A stretch of DNA of 60,910 nt, the filler included. It is 14 parts of 14 records of this genome, joined end to end, with 100 filler letters (N's around TTAATTAATTAA, not from the genome) between each part and the next. Parts side by side here need not be neighbours in the genome. Positions count along the whole stretch, not along the records: positions 10,097 to 14,028 come from SRR7504441_103410; positions 14,129 to 19,453 come from SRR7504441_103422; positions 19,554 to 22,989 come from SRR7504441_103426; 11 more parts are not named here. One strand, 5' to 3'. A model generated the notes under the pieces. It ran no database searches. It saw only the letters and a program-made list of their open reading frames with translations, and was not told the DNA's origin. This document shows positions 11,404 through 23,089 of the stretch, one piece after another (the first letter of the stretch is position 1; the number at the start of each line of letters is the position of its first letter). A program made the translations under genes and the position numbers.

Positions 11404-12891
11404 ATGGCGTTCAGTGCGATTTTCTTCGCCAAGCGGAAGGCAGCGCAGGCCAAGGACAGGCAGCTGCAGGTGCAGGCGGCCAAAAAGGGCTTCAAGTACC
11501 GGCTGCGGGTGTCTGTGAACAGGGGGGTCGGCCTGATCAATGTGGAGGAGGTGTCGAAGAGCGACCCATTCTGCGTCCTAAAGGTAGGCGAGGAGCAGCG
11601 GCGTACTAAGATGATTGCCAATGACCTCAACCCGATCTGGAACGAAAAGTATGACATTATGCTCAAAGAAAAGCAGGATCAGATCACCTTCGCAGTGTTC
11701 GATATGGAAGGGATTGGAGAGCCGGTGGCCATGGGGGGCTTCGTGCTGCACATCGATAGCCTGCTCGACGTGGGCGATAGGTGGTTCTCTCGGAAGCTCA
11801 GGATCGACAGTCAGCCAGAGCTGGACTGTGGCGAGCTGGAGTTCGAGATGGACTACACCACACTGCCGCAGCTGGAGGAACTCGCAGCCCGGACTAAAAA
11901 CTACCCCAGGAGGACTGGTCGGCCTGTGTGCTGCAGGTGGGAAGAAGAACAGTGCTGCCCTTGCTACGATGAGCACGGTAAATGCGCATTCGATCACCCA
12001 CCGGCAGCGCACAAGGGATCGTACTCTTGTTGCCTCGGGCTTCTTGAAAACAGCACGTCAGCTCCAGATGTGGACACACCAGACCTGTTGAAGCAGAGCC
12101 CACTTCACATGGCATGTCTGGCTGGCCATGAGTATCAGATCAAAGTCACATCATTGGTGAATTCGAAGACATCTGGATTCTCACCTGAGTTCACCATCCA
12201 AGACCGACCTCAGAGCGAGATTGATAACGTTGAGCTGAACCGCTTGAAAGAATCCATATCACAAATGTTATTGAAGTTCACTAGAGACAGTGTTAGTGAA
12301 ACTTATGCTGAGGCCGAGGAGGACACTGTGAATAAGTTAGAGAGGGAAACAGGCATAGATCTTGATGGCGATGGAGATATTGGAGAAACTGGACAGAGTT
12401 TGCTGAAAAGTAAAGTTGTAAACGATGGAGGCTTGCTGCTAGTTTGTCTGGCAAGGCCGAGTCTTGGAGTTGGACGGACAACAATCAACAAGATTCTGAA
12501 CGACACGACCTTGTACTTGATGAAATTTCGTGAGGCAAAGCAACGATTATTGAAAGGCGATTCGAGTGGTGATCCCAGTTCGAGTTGGTTTTCAGGAAAT
12601 GGACAGGACCCCGAAGCCCCCCACGAGGCAGCAGGTGAACATGAGCGCGCACCTGGATCAGAAAGCGAACAGTGGTTCAGTGGGCGCAAAGCTCCTGAAG
12701 AAGCGGGACAGGAAGCTGAAGCGGCGGCCGCGCCATCTGATGAGGCGAGTGCAAATCAGGAGGCTGAGGGTGACATTGCGCCATCTGATGAGGCGAATGT
12801 TGCAACCGACGCTGATGCGGCTGCTGCATCACCTGATGAAACGAGTGCGGCATGGTTTCAGAATCAAGAGCCGGCACAAGAGCTAGCTTAA
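11404..12891 (+). CDS. C2-domain protein with CCCH-like finger, ankyrin-like segment and acidic tail
   Basis: SDPFCVLKVG..TKMIANDLNPIWNE..FAVFD (C2); YPRRTGRPVC..GKCAFDHP; SPLHMACLAGH. Confidence 0.8.
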   Translation: MAFSAIFFAKRKAAQAKDRQLQVQAAKKGFKYRLRVSVNRGVGLINVEEVSKSDPFCVLKVGEEQRRTKMIANDLNPIWNEKYDIMLKEKQDQITFAVFDMEGIGEPVAMGGFVLHIDSLLDVGDRWFSRKLRIDSQPELDCGELEFEMDYTTLPQLEELAARTKNYPRRTGRPVCCRWEEEQCCPCYDEHGKCAFDHPPAAHKGSYSCCLGLLENSTSAPDVDTPDLLKQSPLHMACLAGHEYQIKVTSLVNSKTSGFSPEFTIQDRPQSEIDNVELNRLKESISQMLLKFTRDSVSETYAEAEEDTVNKLERETGIDLDGDGDIGETGQSLLKSKVVNDGGLLLVCLARPSLGVGRTTINKILNDTTLYLMKFREAKQRLLKGDSSGDPSSSWFSGNGQDPEAPHEAAGEHERAPGSESEQWFSGRKAPEEAGQEAEAAAAPSDEASANQEAEGDIAPSDEANVATDADAAAASPDETSAAWFQNQEPAQELA

Positions 12892-13098
12892 ATTAATCTT
12901 TCTGAACGAATTGCAATCATTAAAAGGCAAAGGTTGACAACCTTTTGAAGCCCTACTACGAGCCATGGCTATAATTATATACTCGTTTACAACATATTAT
13001 GCATACGAGTACGTATTGGACTCGCACACATTTTTGTATTGGTTTTACTCATCAGTCGACGTCTTATCAAAGCTAAGTTGATTGATCGTGTACTGATC

Positions 13099-14025
13099 CT
13101 AGCTGAGAATAGCGTTGCATTGTGCTACCAGCTGTTGGAACGGCTCGCACTTGGCCAAGTGGTCAAAGTCGCGCAGCTGCCACACAAACCGGATCGGAAT
13201 TCTGTCCGGCTCGTGCCCAGCATACTCGAGCTCGCCACAATACACGTACCCCTCGCCCTCGTTACGGCAGAACAGCAACACCGGCGTCGGTTCGACGTGC
13301 TCCACTCGGCCGTCGTCGTCCGCTATCTCCCCACCTACAGGCGCTCGTCAGTAAGCCTCTCTGCAGAGCGCGCGGTCACCTGAGCTATTGACGAGCCTCT
13401 GAATCACAGGCGTGCCTTCCCACTGCCGGGGCTGGGCAAACCAGGTGACCTCCCGCCCGCCGTGCAGGAAGGCGTTCTTGTACCCGTCCCCGTACACGTT
13501 GATGAACAGCATCACAGCGTTCTCCCATTCCTGAATCCCGCTCATCCGCGAGAAGGTCGGCGGGCCATCCGCGCTGGCAGCCTCCATCGCGGCTCGTTTG
13601 ACCTGTCCGCCGAGCGGTGGGATGATCGCGCCGAGCTGCTCCTCGTGCAGCCGATCCAGGGCCACGTTCAGCACCCGGCACGACCGTGGGTTGGCCGGTT
13701 TGGTCGCCGGGACGTCCGAGTGCACTATCTTCCGCCGCTTGACCGGCTGCTCGACGCCAGGATCGACCGGCTCGGCCACAGGCTCAGGCGGGCCGTCAGA
13801 CTCTACGGCGCTGGCCCGTGAGACGATCCGGGCCGAGCGCCGCTCGGTGCCGTCGTCCACTCGCATAGGGACCGCCCGACGGCGGCGGGTGCGGGCGGTG
13901 GGGGCCATCTTGCCGGTGGCCGAAACCGTGAGGCCCTGCACGTCGATCCCCAGCCGCCGCAGCTCCTCGGCGTTCCGCCGGATGTTGTCCAGCCGCCGCT
14001 GCTCGTACTCGGACAGCCCAGCCAT
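13099..14025 (-). CDS. Protein with N-terminal LSEYEQRRLDNIRRN helix and C-terminal DUF3427-like domain; intron 13335-13379
   Basis: A 45-nt GT-AG intron with TACTGAC joins ORFs 13348..14025 and 13099..13305 in frame; LFINV..YKNAF..VTWFAQ..VLLFCR..YVYCGEL..PIRFVWQL. Confidence 0.7.
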
Positions 14026-14128
14026 TGCNNNNNNNNNNNNNNNNNNNNNNNNNNNNNNNNNNNNNNNNNNNNTTAATTAATTAANNNNNNNNNNNNNNNN
14101 NNNNNNNNNNNNNNNNNNNNNNNNNNNN

Positions 14129-16236
<2,108 letters not shown>

Positions 16237-16921
16237 CGTGCCGGTCGTGCTGGTACCTGGACCGCTGTTGTTGTTGTCGATCATGATCAGCAGGCCTAGG
16301 ATCCAACCCTAGCATGACTGCATGAGAACAATGGCAAGCACACGCCTCAATTCGTTGATGCAAGTCTGGCCCTTCAACACACATCTCTGTGCCCTGCTCA
16401 AACTGGCGATGTATGCATTAAAGAGAAGAGGGCCAAACCCACCATGCCAATGTTCCCATCAATTGAGCGCGTTCTTGGACACCACGGTTCGACGGTTGCC
16501 TGGTGTCTGGCGAACTGCGATTGGTACGCTGCTCCCTGCTTCTTGCCATTTTTGGTTTTCTCCACCTTGTGCTCTTTGCTCGCTAGGGCTTCACCGATCG
16601 TTCTGATAAACTTCGTCATCCTTCGAACCTGGTCGATGTATGATGGTCCGCCGCTCCTCCAGGAGATTGGCGACCTTTCGTTGCCACCTCCTTACTTCTT
16701 GCTCCAGCTCAGCTGTGTGGGTGCTTGAGGCGAGTTGCACATCGCTGATGGCGCCGCGCATCCGATCCACAGCGTCGTCCCACCTCGCTCCGCGAGCATT
16801 GCCGGCTTTGGAGCCTGGCCCGCGTCGTCGTGAAGCCCAGCTTCCGTTGGTGCTCAAACCAACGGACGGCTTCAACAAAGCTCGGGCAAGCACATCGCCC
16901 CGCGGCTGGTACAGGTTAGTC

Positions 16922-17707
16922 ATGTCGGGCATCGGGACGGGCTATGATCTCTCGACCACCACATTCTCGCCCGACGGCCGGGTCTTCCAAGTAGAGTACG
17001 CCGGCAAGGCGGTGGACGCCAGCGGGACCGTGGTGGCCGCCAAGTGCAAGGACGGGATCGTGATGGCGGTCGAGAAGATGGTCCGGTCCAAGCTGCTGGT
17101 GGAGGGCTCAAACAGGCGGTCGTTCGCGATCCACCGGGGCGCCGGGATGAGCGTCGCCGGCTTCCAAGCCGATGCGCGCCAGATTGTGCTCCGGGCCCGC
17201 TCCGAGTGCGAGCAGTACAAAAATTCCTATGGCGGCGTCATACCCCCGCACGTGCTGAACGAGCGGATGGCCTCGTTCATGCACCTGTACACGGTGTACT
17301 GGACCGTGCGGCCCTTTGGAGTGGGCGTCCTGCTGGCCCAGCACGGCCGCGACGGCTATGAGCTCTACCAGCTCGACCAAGCGGGGGCGGCCTACAGATG
17401 CTACGCCGGGGCTATCGGGAAGGCGCGGCAAGCGGCCAAGACCGAGATCGAGAAGCTCAATCTGGAGGAGCTCTCCAGCCGGGACGCGCTTTACGAGCTT
17501 GGCAAGATCATCCACACTGTGCATGACGACATCAAAGACAAGGACTTTGAGCTCGAGCTCTCCTGGATCAGCGACGAGACCGACCACAAGTTCCAGCTGG
17601 TGGCCAAGGAGATGAAGGACGAGATCGAGACCCGGATCAAGGCCGCACTCGAGGAGGAGAGTGATGATGATGATGATGACGATGACGATGAGGATGAGGC
17701 TCAGTAG
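16922..17707 (+). CDS. PSMA3: 20S proteasome subunit alpha type-3 (alpha7), intronless
   Basis: MSGIGTGYDLSTTTFSPDGRVFQVEYA, VRPFG, GKARQAAKTEIEKL, KDKDFELELSW, acidic tail. Confidence 0.95.
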   Translation: MSGIGTGYDLSTTTFSPDGRVFQVEYAGKAVDASGTVVAAKCKDGIVMAVEKMVRSKLLVEGSNRRSFAIHRGAGMSVAGFQADARQIVLRARSECEQYKNSYGGVIPPHVLNERMASFMHLYTVYWTVRPFGVGVLLAQHGRDGYELYQLDQAGAAYRCYAGAIGKARQAAKTEIEKLNLEELSSRDALYELGKIIHTVHDDIKDKDFELELSWISDETDHKFQLVAKEMKDEIETRIKAALEEESDDDDDDDDDEDEAQ

Positions 17708-18040
17708 GTAGAATGAACCGAGACCGCGGCAGATTCGAGGCAGGGCGCCCCCAGCTTTGCCGCGCTGGCTCATACCTGCGCGCGTGCTGCTGCTGCTGCC
17801 TGCTTCAATCCTAGAAGGGGTTGCATGTTGATGGTGCGTTCATTACTTTTTGATCATAGAAACATTCATTCGAATCGAGTGTTAATGAGCTACTTAAATC
17901 TTACTATCAGCCTATAATCACACGCCTATCGTCGTAACTTTTAATCGAGAGCATTTACGCACTCTTACATTACTGAGCGGGTCGAAGCGGTGATTGCGTA
18001 CACAGATTACTCGTCGTATAACCGCTCCCGCCTTACGAAC

Positions 18041-18907
18041 CTAGTTGTACCAAGCCCCTATTGCTTGCGGCTCATAGCCGCCTACCTGATAGCTGCTCTG
18101 ATAGCCTTGCGCGCGTGCTGCGCCGTCCCACTCGGCTCTTGAAACCATCCCGTCTCCGTTTGAATCTACATGCTCAAATCGTGGCCGGGCCTGCAGCTGC
18201 TTCAGACTCTCCTGGATCTCCTGAAGCCTCGAGCTGCCGTCTAGAACGTCCACTCGCTCCGCATTAATCGACTCGCTGTGCTGCCCCACGGGTGGTATCC
18301 AGTTCGGCGGCGCTGCTGGCGGCCAGACTCCCCAACCCATCGACTGCTCGTATCCCGAGCCACTCAGCTGTTGGACACTAGACGGCGCTGAGAAGCTCTG
18401 CGGCTCGGGGTACGCCAGCGGCTGCTCGCGCGGCGGGCTGAGCTCGTTCAGCTCCTTGCAGGAGCTTGCGAGCGACGCTTCCAAGACCGAGACCCTCTGT
18501 TCGAGAGCCTCGCGCTGCATCGTTGCCGTCTCCTGAGCTACGCTGTCGGCCAGCCGGGCCAGTCGGTCCTCCACCATTTCCTGCCGGCGCTGGCCCCGGC
18601 TGCTTACCGCTGCCATCCCGGCCCGCAGCGCCCGCCCTTCCTCCTCCTCCACACTCACCGGCCCGTTCCGCCGTTCCGTGAGCTGAGAATGGAGTCGCGT
18701 GACGTCCCGCTGGTGCGCCGCCCGAAGTTCGGCCAATTCCTGCTGGTGTCGCTCGGCCTGCTCGCCCAGCGCCCGCTCGGCCCGTGTGAGCGAGTCCTCA
18801 AGCCTAGCCTTGTCCGCCACCAACTCCCGGATCCGATCCTCGAAGCACCGCAGATCCGGCCTCGGACCAGCCCGCGGCAGTGGGTCACAGCCCTCGGCAG
18901 CTGTCAA
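18041..18907 (-). CDS. Last exon of a coiled-coil protein with one EF-hand; probably extends toward 19453
   Basis: Heptad-rich sequence; FEHVDSNGDGMVSRAEW. Confidence 0.6.
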   Translation of the reverse strand: MTAAEGCDPLPRAGPRPDLRCFEDRIRELVADKARLEDSLTRAERALGEQAERHQQELAELRAAHQRDVTRLHSQLTERRNGPVSVEEEEGRALRAGMAAVSSRGQRRQEMVEDRLARLADSVAQETATMQREALEQRVSVLEASLASSCKELNELSPPREQPLAYPEPQSFSAPSSVQQLSGSGYEQSMGWGVWPPAAPPNWIPPVGQHSESINAERVDVLDGSSRLQEIQESLKQLQARPRFEHVDSNGDGMVSRAEWDGAARAQGYQSSYQVGGYEPQAIGAWYN

Positions 18908-19553
18908 CCGTCTACCGGGCGGGCGCTCGGTACGGGCCAGGTATACGGTTGACAGCTGCCGAGGGCTGTGGAGACCGGACTGCGGCTCGGCGGGTGGGCT
19001 GTTTGGGCTCCGGTGCGGCGCCGGATCAGCAGTGGCCGGCTCGACCGGCGAGCTGAAGTTGTTGTTCCACGGAGGCCTCCGCCCGGCCGGACCTCCTCGC
19101 CTGCAGACCCACTCAGTTCACACCAGAGGCCCGCCACACCGCATGATGGCCGTTGGAATCATCAGCGTCAGTTGGGCGTCGAGGAGCCACTGGGGCTATG
19201 GGGAATGGGCCGCAATCGAAACAGGCCGGCAGGTTCGAGGTCCAGCTGGGCCGCAGCGCAACCCTCCAACAGAGCGCCTCGGTGCCGGCTGACGCAGCTC
19301 CTGCGGTCCGGATGGCAACCAGCGCCCCGGTCAGGCGGCCGGCCCGGTTGGTGGCGCCGCCGGACGGGGCCGACGCTGACGAGGACGGCGACGCAACGTC
19401 TCCACGTCACAGCCGAGTGAGCACCGTGGAGCCGGAGCTGCTGGAGCCGGATGNNNNNNNNNNNNNNNNNNNNNNNNNNNNNNNNNNNNNNNNNNNNTTA
19501 ATTAATTAANNNNNNNNNNNNNNNNNNNNNNNNNNNNNNNNNNNNNNNNNNNN

Positions 19554-22325
19554 CACCAAGTGATGCCTCTGTACGCCAATACGCACACCAGCACCTCGAT
19601 CACCGGGCTCCAGTCCAGCTGCTACCGGCACGAGGCCCGGCAGGTGGTCGCCGAGAGCTGCAACGCCAAGATCACTGGGCGTGGGGCGGTGGATGTGGTG
19701 CTCTTCGCGGGGTTCGGGTCGACTGGGGCGGTGCGGACCATGGTCACCTGCCTCGGGCTGCACATGCCGCTCCCGCCTGACACCCCGGCCGGCCGCAAAC
19801 CGGTGGTGTTTGTGGGCCCGTTCGAGCACCACTCCAACCTGCTGCCCTGGCGCGAGTCGTCGGCGGACGTGGTCACTATCCGCGAGGACCCTGCCACCGG
19901 CCAGCTTGACCTGGGTCACCTGAAACATATGCTCGCTCAATATGCAGGCAGGCCGCTCAAGATCGGCGCGTTCTCGGCCGCCTCCAATGTGACTGGCGTG
20001 CTCACCGACACCAACGCCGTCACCGCGCTCTGCCACCGGCACGGCGCACTGGCCTTCTGGGACTACGCGACCGCGGCTCCGTGCGGAGGCGTCGATATGA
20101 ACCCGCTTGTTCTAGGGCCAGATCAGGCATTGGTGGCGAAGGATGCGGTGTTTATTTCGACGCATAAGCTGGTGGGCGGCCCAGGCTCGCCGGGAGTGCT
20201 GGTGGCAAAGAAGAGGCTAATGGCAAACCCTGTCCCGTCCAGTCCAGGCGGAGGCACTGTGTTCTTCGTGACAGATACCGATCACCGATACCTTTCAAAC
20301 CGGGAGGAGAGGGAAGAGGGCGGCACGCCGGACGTGCTCGGGGCAGTCAGGGCTGGGCTCTGCTTTCGACTCAAACAGCAGGTGGGCGCGGCGGTCATCG
20401 AGAAACTGGAGGGCCAATTGGCAATGCGAGTCTTCACGGAGCTGACCAGCAACCCGAGGCTGCTGCTGTGTGGGCCTCTCCCGCCGGGTGTCCCGGCTCC
20501 GAGCGGGGCTGTGCAGGCCAAGCGGCTGCCAGTGCTCTCATTCATGGTCCGTTGGAACCGCCGGCTGCTGCATTACAACTTTGTCGCTGCAGTGTTGAAC
20601 GATCTGTTCGGAGTGCAGGCTCGAGGAGGCTGCCAGTGTGCAGGCCCGTACGGACTCCGGCTGCTCGGGATCAGCCCAGACGATGCGCGGCAGATCGAGG
20701 CGGCGCTGCTAGACAAAGCAGAGGTGCTCCGGCCCGGTTTCTGCCGTGTCAGTTTTCCATACTTCATGGGTGACGACGAGGTGGCCTACATTCTGGCCGC
20801 TATTCAGTTTGTAGCCGACCATGGCTGGCGCCTATTGCCAGCGTACCGGTTCAATCATAAAACAGGCGAGTGGAAGCATAGCAGCTGTTTCACAAAGTTT
20901 GCCCAACGGAAGTGGCTGAGCGACTTTGACTTTGACGTGTCAGGCCTGCACGCTCAACCTGATCCAGAGCAACCTGACGAATCTGTGCTCGATGTAGAAA
21001 AGGCCCTGGCTGCAGCCAGGGAGGTAGCAATTGCATGCGGTAGATCGGCCAAGGGTATGAGTATAGACCATACTAGCACGCTCGATCCCAATTTTGAGCC
21101 GCTGCGGTGGTTTGTGTATCCGTCCGAAGCCCTGGAGTTGCTCAAGGCTCAGCCTCAACTTCCGACGACTATCGACATGTCCACTTGGGGCGAGCTACTC
21201 GGTCCTGTCCATATACGTAAATACGATGGGTCAGCCAGCCCCTGGGACGCTGAGGTAGAACCCGGGTTGCCTGAGCCGACGCCTGAAGCCTCAGAGCCCT
21301 CCAACCCGCCGCCATCTTCTCAGCCGAAACCACCAGCATCAGTGGCTCCGCCGCCAGTGAGTGCCAAGTATCCATCACGCAGCAGCGCCGTTGCCCCAAC
21401 AGGTCCGACCTTTCTTGATCCGTCAGCAGCGGCCGCTATCTCCACTGTCTCTAGCAATTCACAGCAGGCCGTGCTTCGGCCTAAGGTTCCAAACAAGCTC
21501 AAGACATCAGTCGGTAAAGCCATTCAAGACTGGCGTATGATCCAGCCAGGAGACAAATTGATGCTAGGGCTATCCGGTGGTAAAGACTCGCTCACCCTGT
21601 TGCACGTATTGATGGACTTGCAGCGCCGCTCGCCAGTCAAATTCGAGCTAGCCTGCGCCACTGTGGATCCGCAAACTGCTTCTTTTGACCCAAGTCCAAT
21701 GAAGGAATACTGTGCAGCTCTGAATGTGAAATACTTTTATTTATCTGAGCCGATAGTGGCTCGAGCCAGGACAGAAATGCAAGGTGACAGTCTGTGCGCC
21801 TTCTGTTCTAGAATGAAGCGTGGGCTGCTGTACTCGTGTTGCAGGCAAGAAGGGTTCAATAAACTGGTGCTAGCCCAGCACCTGGACGATCTGGTGGAAA
21901 GCTTCTTCATGAGTTGTTATCATGGCCAGACCAGGACAATGAAGGCAAACTACCAAGCCGACGAAGTTGCTAACTTACGAGTGATCAGACCGCTGATTTA
22001 CACGCGCGAGACCGTGACAAAGCAATTCGCGTACAGCAGCTGCCTTCCTGTGATAAATGAGAATTGCCCAGCGTGCTTTGAGGAGCCCAAGGAGCGGCAC
22101 AGGGTCAAGAAGATGCTCGCCAAGGAAGAGTCGCTCTACTCGGAACTGTTCGCAAACATGAGACGCACTCTGCTGCCGCTGATGGACGAAGACACCTACA
22201 GCTATCTCGAGGCCAAACGAGACGAGATTCTTAATAGAGGAGGGGCGGACCGTCAGAAACGTCGAAAGCAGGAAGAGCTAGAAGAGAAGGCGAAGAAGCA
22301 GAAGGTCGCCAGTGTACAACAATGA
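19554..22325 (+). CDS. Class-V PLP cysteine desulfurase (SufS-like) fused to TtcA-family tRNA thiolase; 5' truncated, intronless
   Basis: EHHSNLLPW, SNVTG, STHKLVGGPG (PLP lysine), EEGGTP, RGGCQCA; Pro-rich linker; SGGKDS PP-loop, CAFC, HLDD, IRPL, CPAC. Confidence 0.9.
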   Translation, partial: HQVMPLYANTHTSTSITGLQSSCYRHEARQVVAESCNAKITGRGAVDVVLFAGFGSTGAVRTMVTCLGLHMPLPPDTPAGRKPVVFVGPFEHHSNLLPWRESSADVVTIREDPATGQLDLGHLKHMLAQYAGRPLKIGAFSAASNVTGVLTDTNAVTALCHRHGALAFWDYATAAPCGGVDMNPLVLGPDQALVAKDAVFISTHKLVGGPGSPGVLVAKKRLMANPVPSSPGGGTVFFVTDTDHRYLSNREEREEGGTPDVLGAVRAGLCFRLKQQVGAAVIEKLEGQLAMRVFTELTSNPRLLLCGPLPPGVPAPSGAVQAKRLPVLSFMVRWNRRLLHYNFVAAVLNDLFGVQARGGCQCAGPYGLRLLGISPDDARQIEAALLDKAEVLRPGFCRVSFPYFMGDDEVAYILAAIQFVADHGWRLLPAYRFNHKTGEWKHSSCFTKFAQRKWLSDFDFDVSGLHAQPDPEQPDESVLDVEKALAAAREVAIACGRSAKGMSIDHTSTLDPNFEPLRWFVYPSEALELLKAQPQLPTTIDMSTWGELLGPVHIRKYDGSASPWDAEVEPGLPEPTPEASEPSNPPPSSQPKPPASVAPPPVSAKYPSRSSAVAPTGPTFLDPSAAAAISTVSSNSQQAVLRPKVPNKLKTSVGKAIQDWRMIQPGDKLMLGLSGGKDSLTLLHVLMDLQRRSPVKFELACATVDPQTASFDPSPMKEYCAALNVKYFYLSEPIVARARTEMQGDSLCAFCSRMKRGLLYSCCRQEGFNKLVLAQHLDDLVESFFMSCYHGQTRTMKANYQADEVANLRVIRPLIYTRETVTKQFAYSSCLPVINENCPACFEEPKERHRVKKMLAKEESLYSELFANMRRTLLPLMDEDTYSYLEAKRDEILNRGGADRQKRRKQEELEEKAKKQKVASVQQ

Positions 22326-23089
22326 CAGCCTGCTGCCAGCATCTAGAAATGATGCTTATCAGCCATGTAGGAAGACAATGACAGGAAGCTCTAATTGACG
22401 CCTGGTAGCTAAAGAGCGATCAAGCTCGGCTGCCGGGCCGAAGTGGGCTGCGTGTGTGCACTTGATCACGCGCAATTGTCAATTGATGATTTCACCAACA
22501 AATACATGTAAACAAAATGATATAATCACTTGGGTAAAATCCGGCTCGGTTTGTAATAAACAAGCTTTTCTTCATTACTTTCAAAATCCGTCCAAATCGA
22601 ATCGCTAACCTAAGCCTTCTTACTCACAGAGTTTCTTACTTTCGGTCGGAGGAAGATATTCGATTCGTCCAAAATAATGCGGAGGGGGGGGGTCAAATGG
22701 GACTCTCAAGCTCTGAGCCGATGGCCCAAGAGTTGCTGATTGCTGGGCACTCGTCGACTCGCTAGCAGTAGTTGCGCTCGGGGCCAATACAGTAGCCCGC
22801 TGCCGAGTTCCACGACTGGCAGCTGAACTTGCAACTCCCCCAGGTCGGGGGCGGTGGAGGGGCTGCCAAGCAACGCGTGGTGGTGCTTGTTGTGTATGAG
22901 TCACCGTGAACAACGTTCCTCGTTGTGCACATCCCAGAGACACACTGCTTATCACCCCAGCAGAGCCGTCCAGCCGCGAGCCCGGTCTCNNNNNNNNNNN
23001 NNNNNNNNNNNNNNNNNNNNNNNNNNNNNNNNNTTAATTAATTAANNNNNNNNNNNNNNNNNNNNNNNNNNNNNNNNNNNNNNNNNNNN

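Noticed and set aside
17660-17700. (GAT)n microsatellite
   Set aside because: It encodes the ordinary acidic tail of proteasome alpha7
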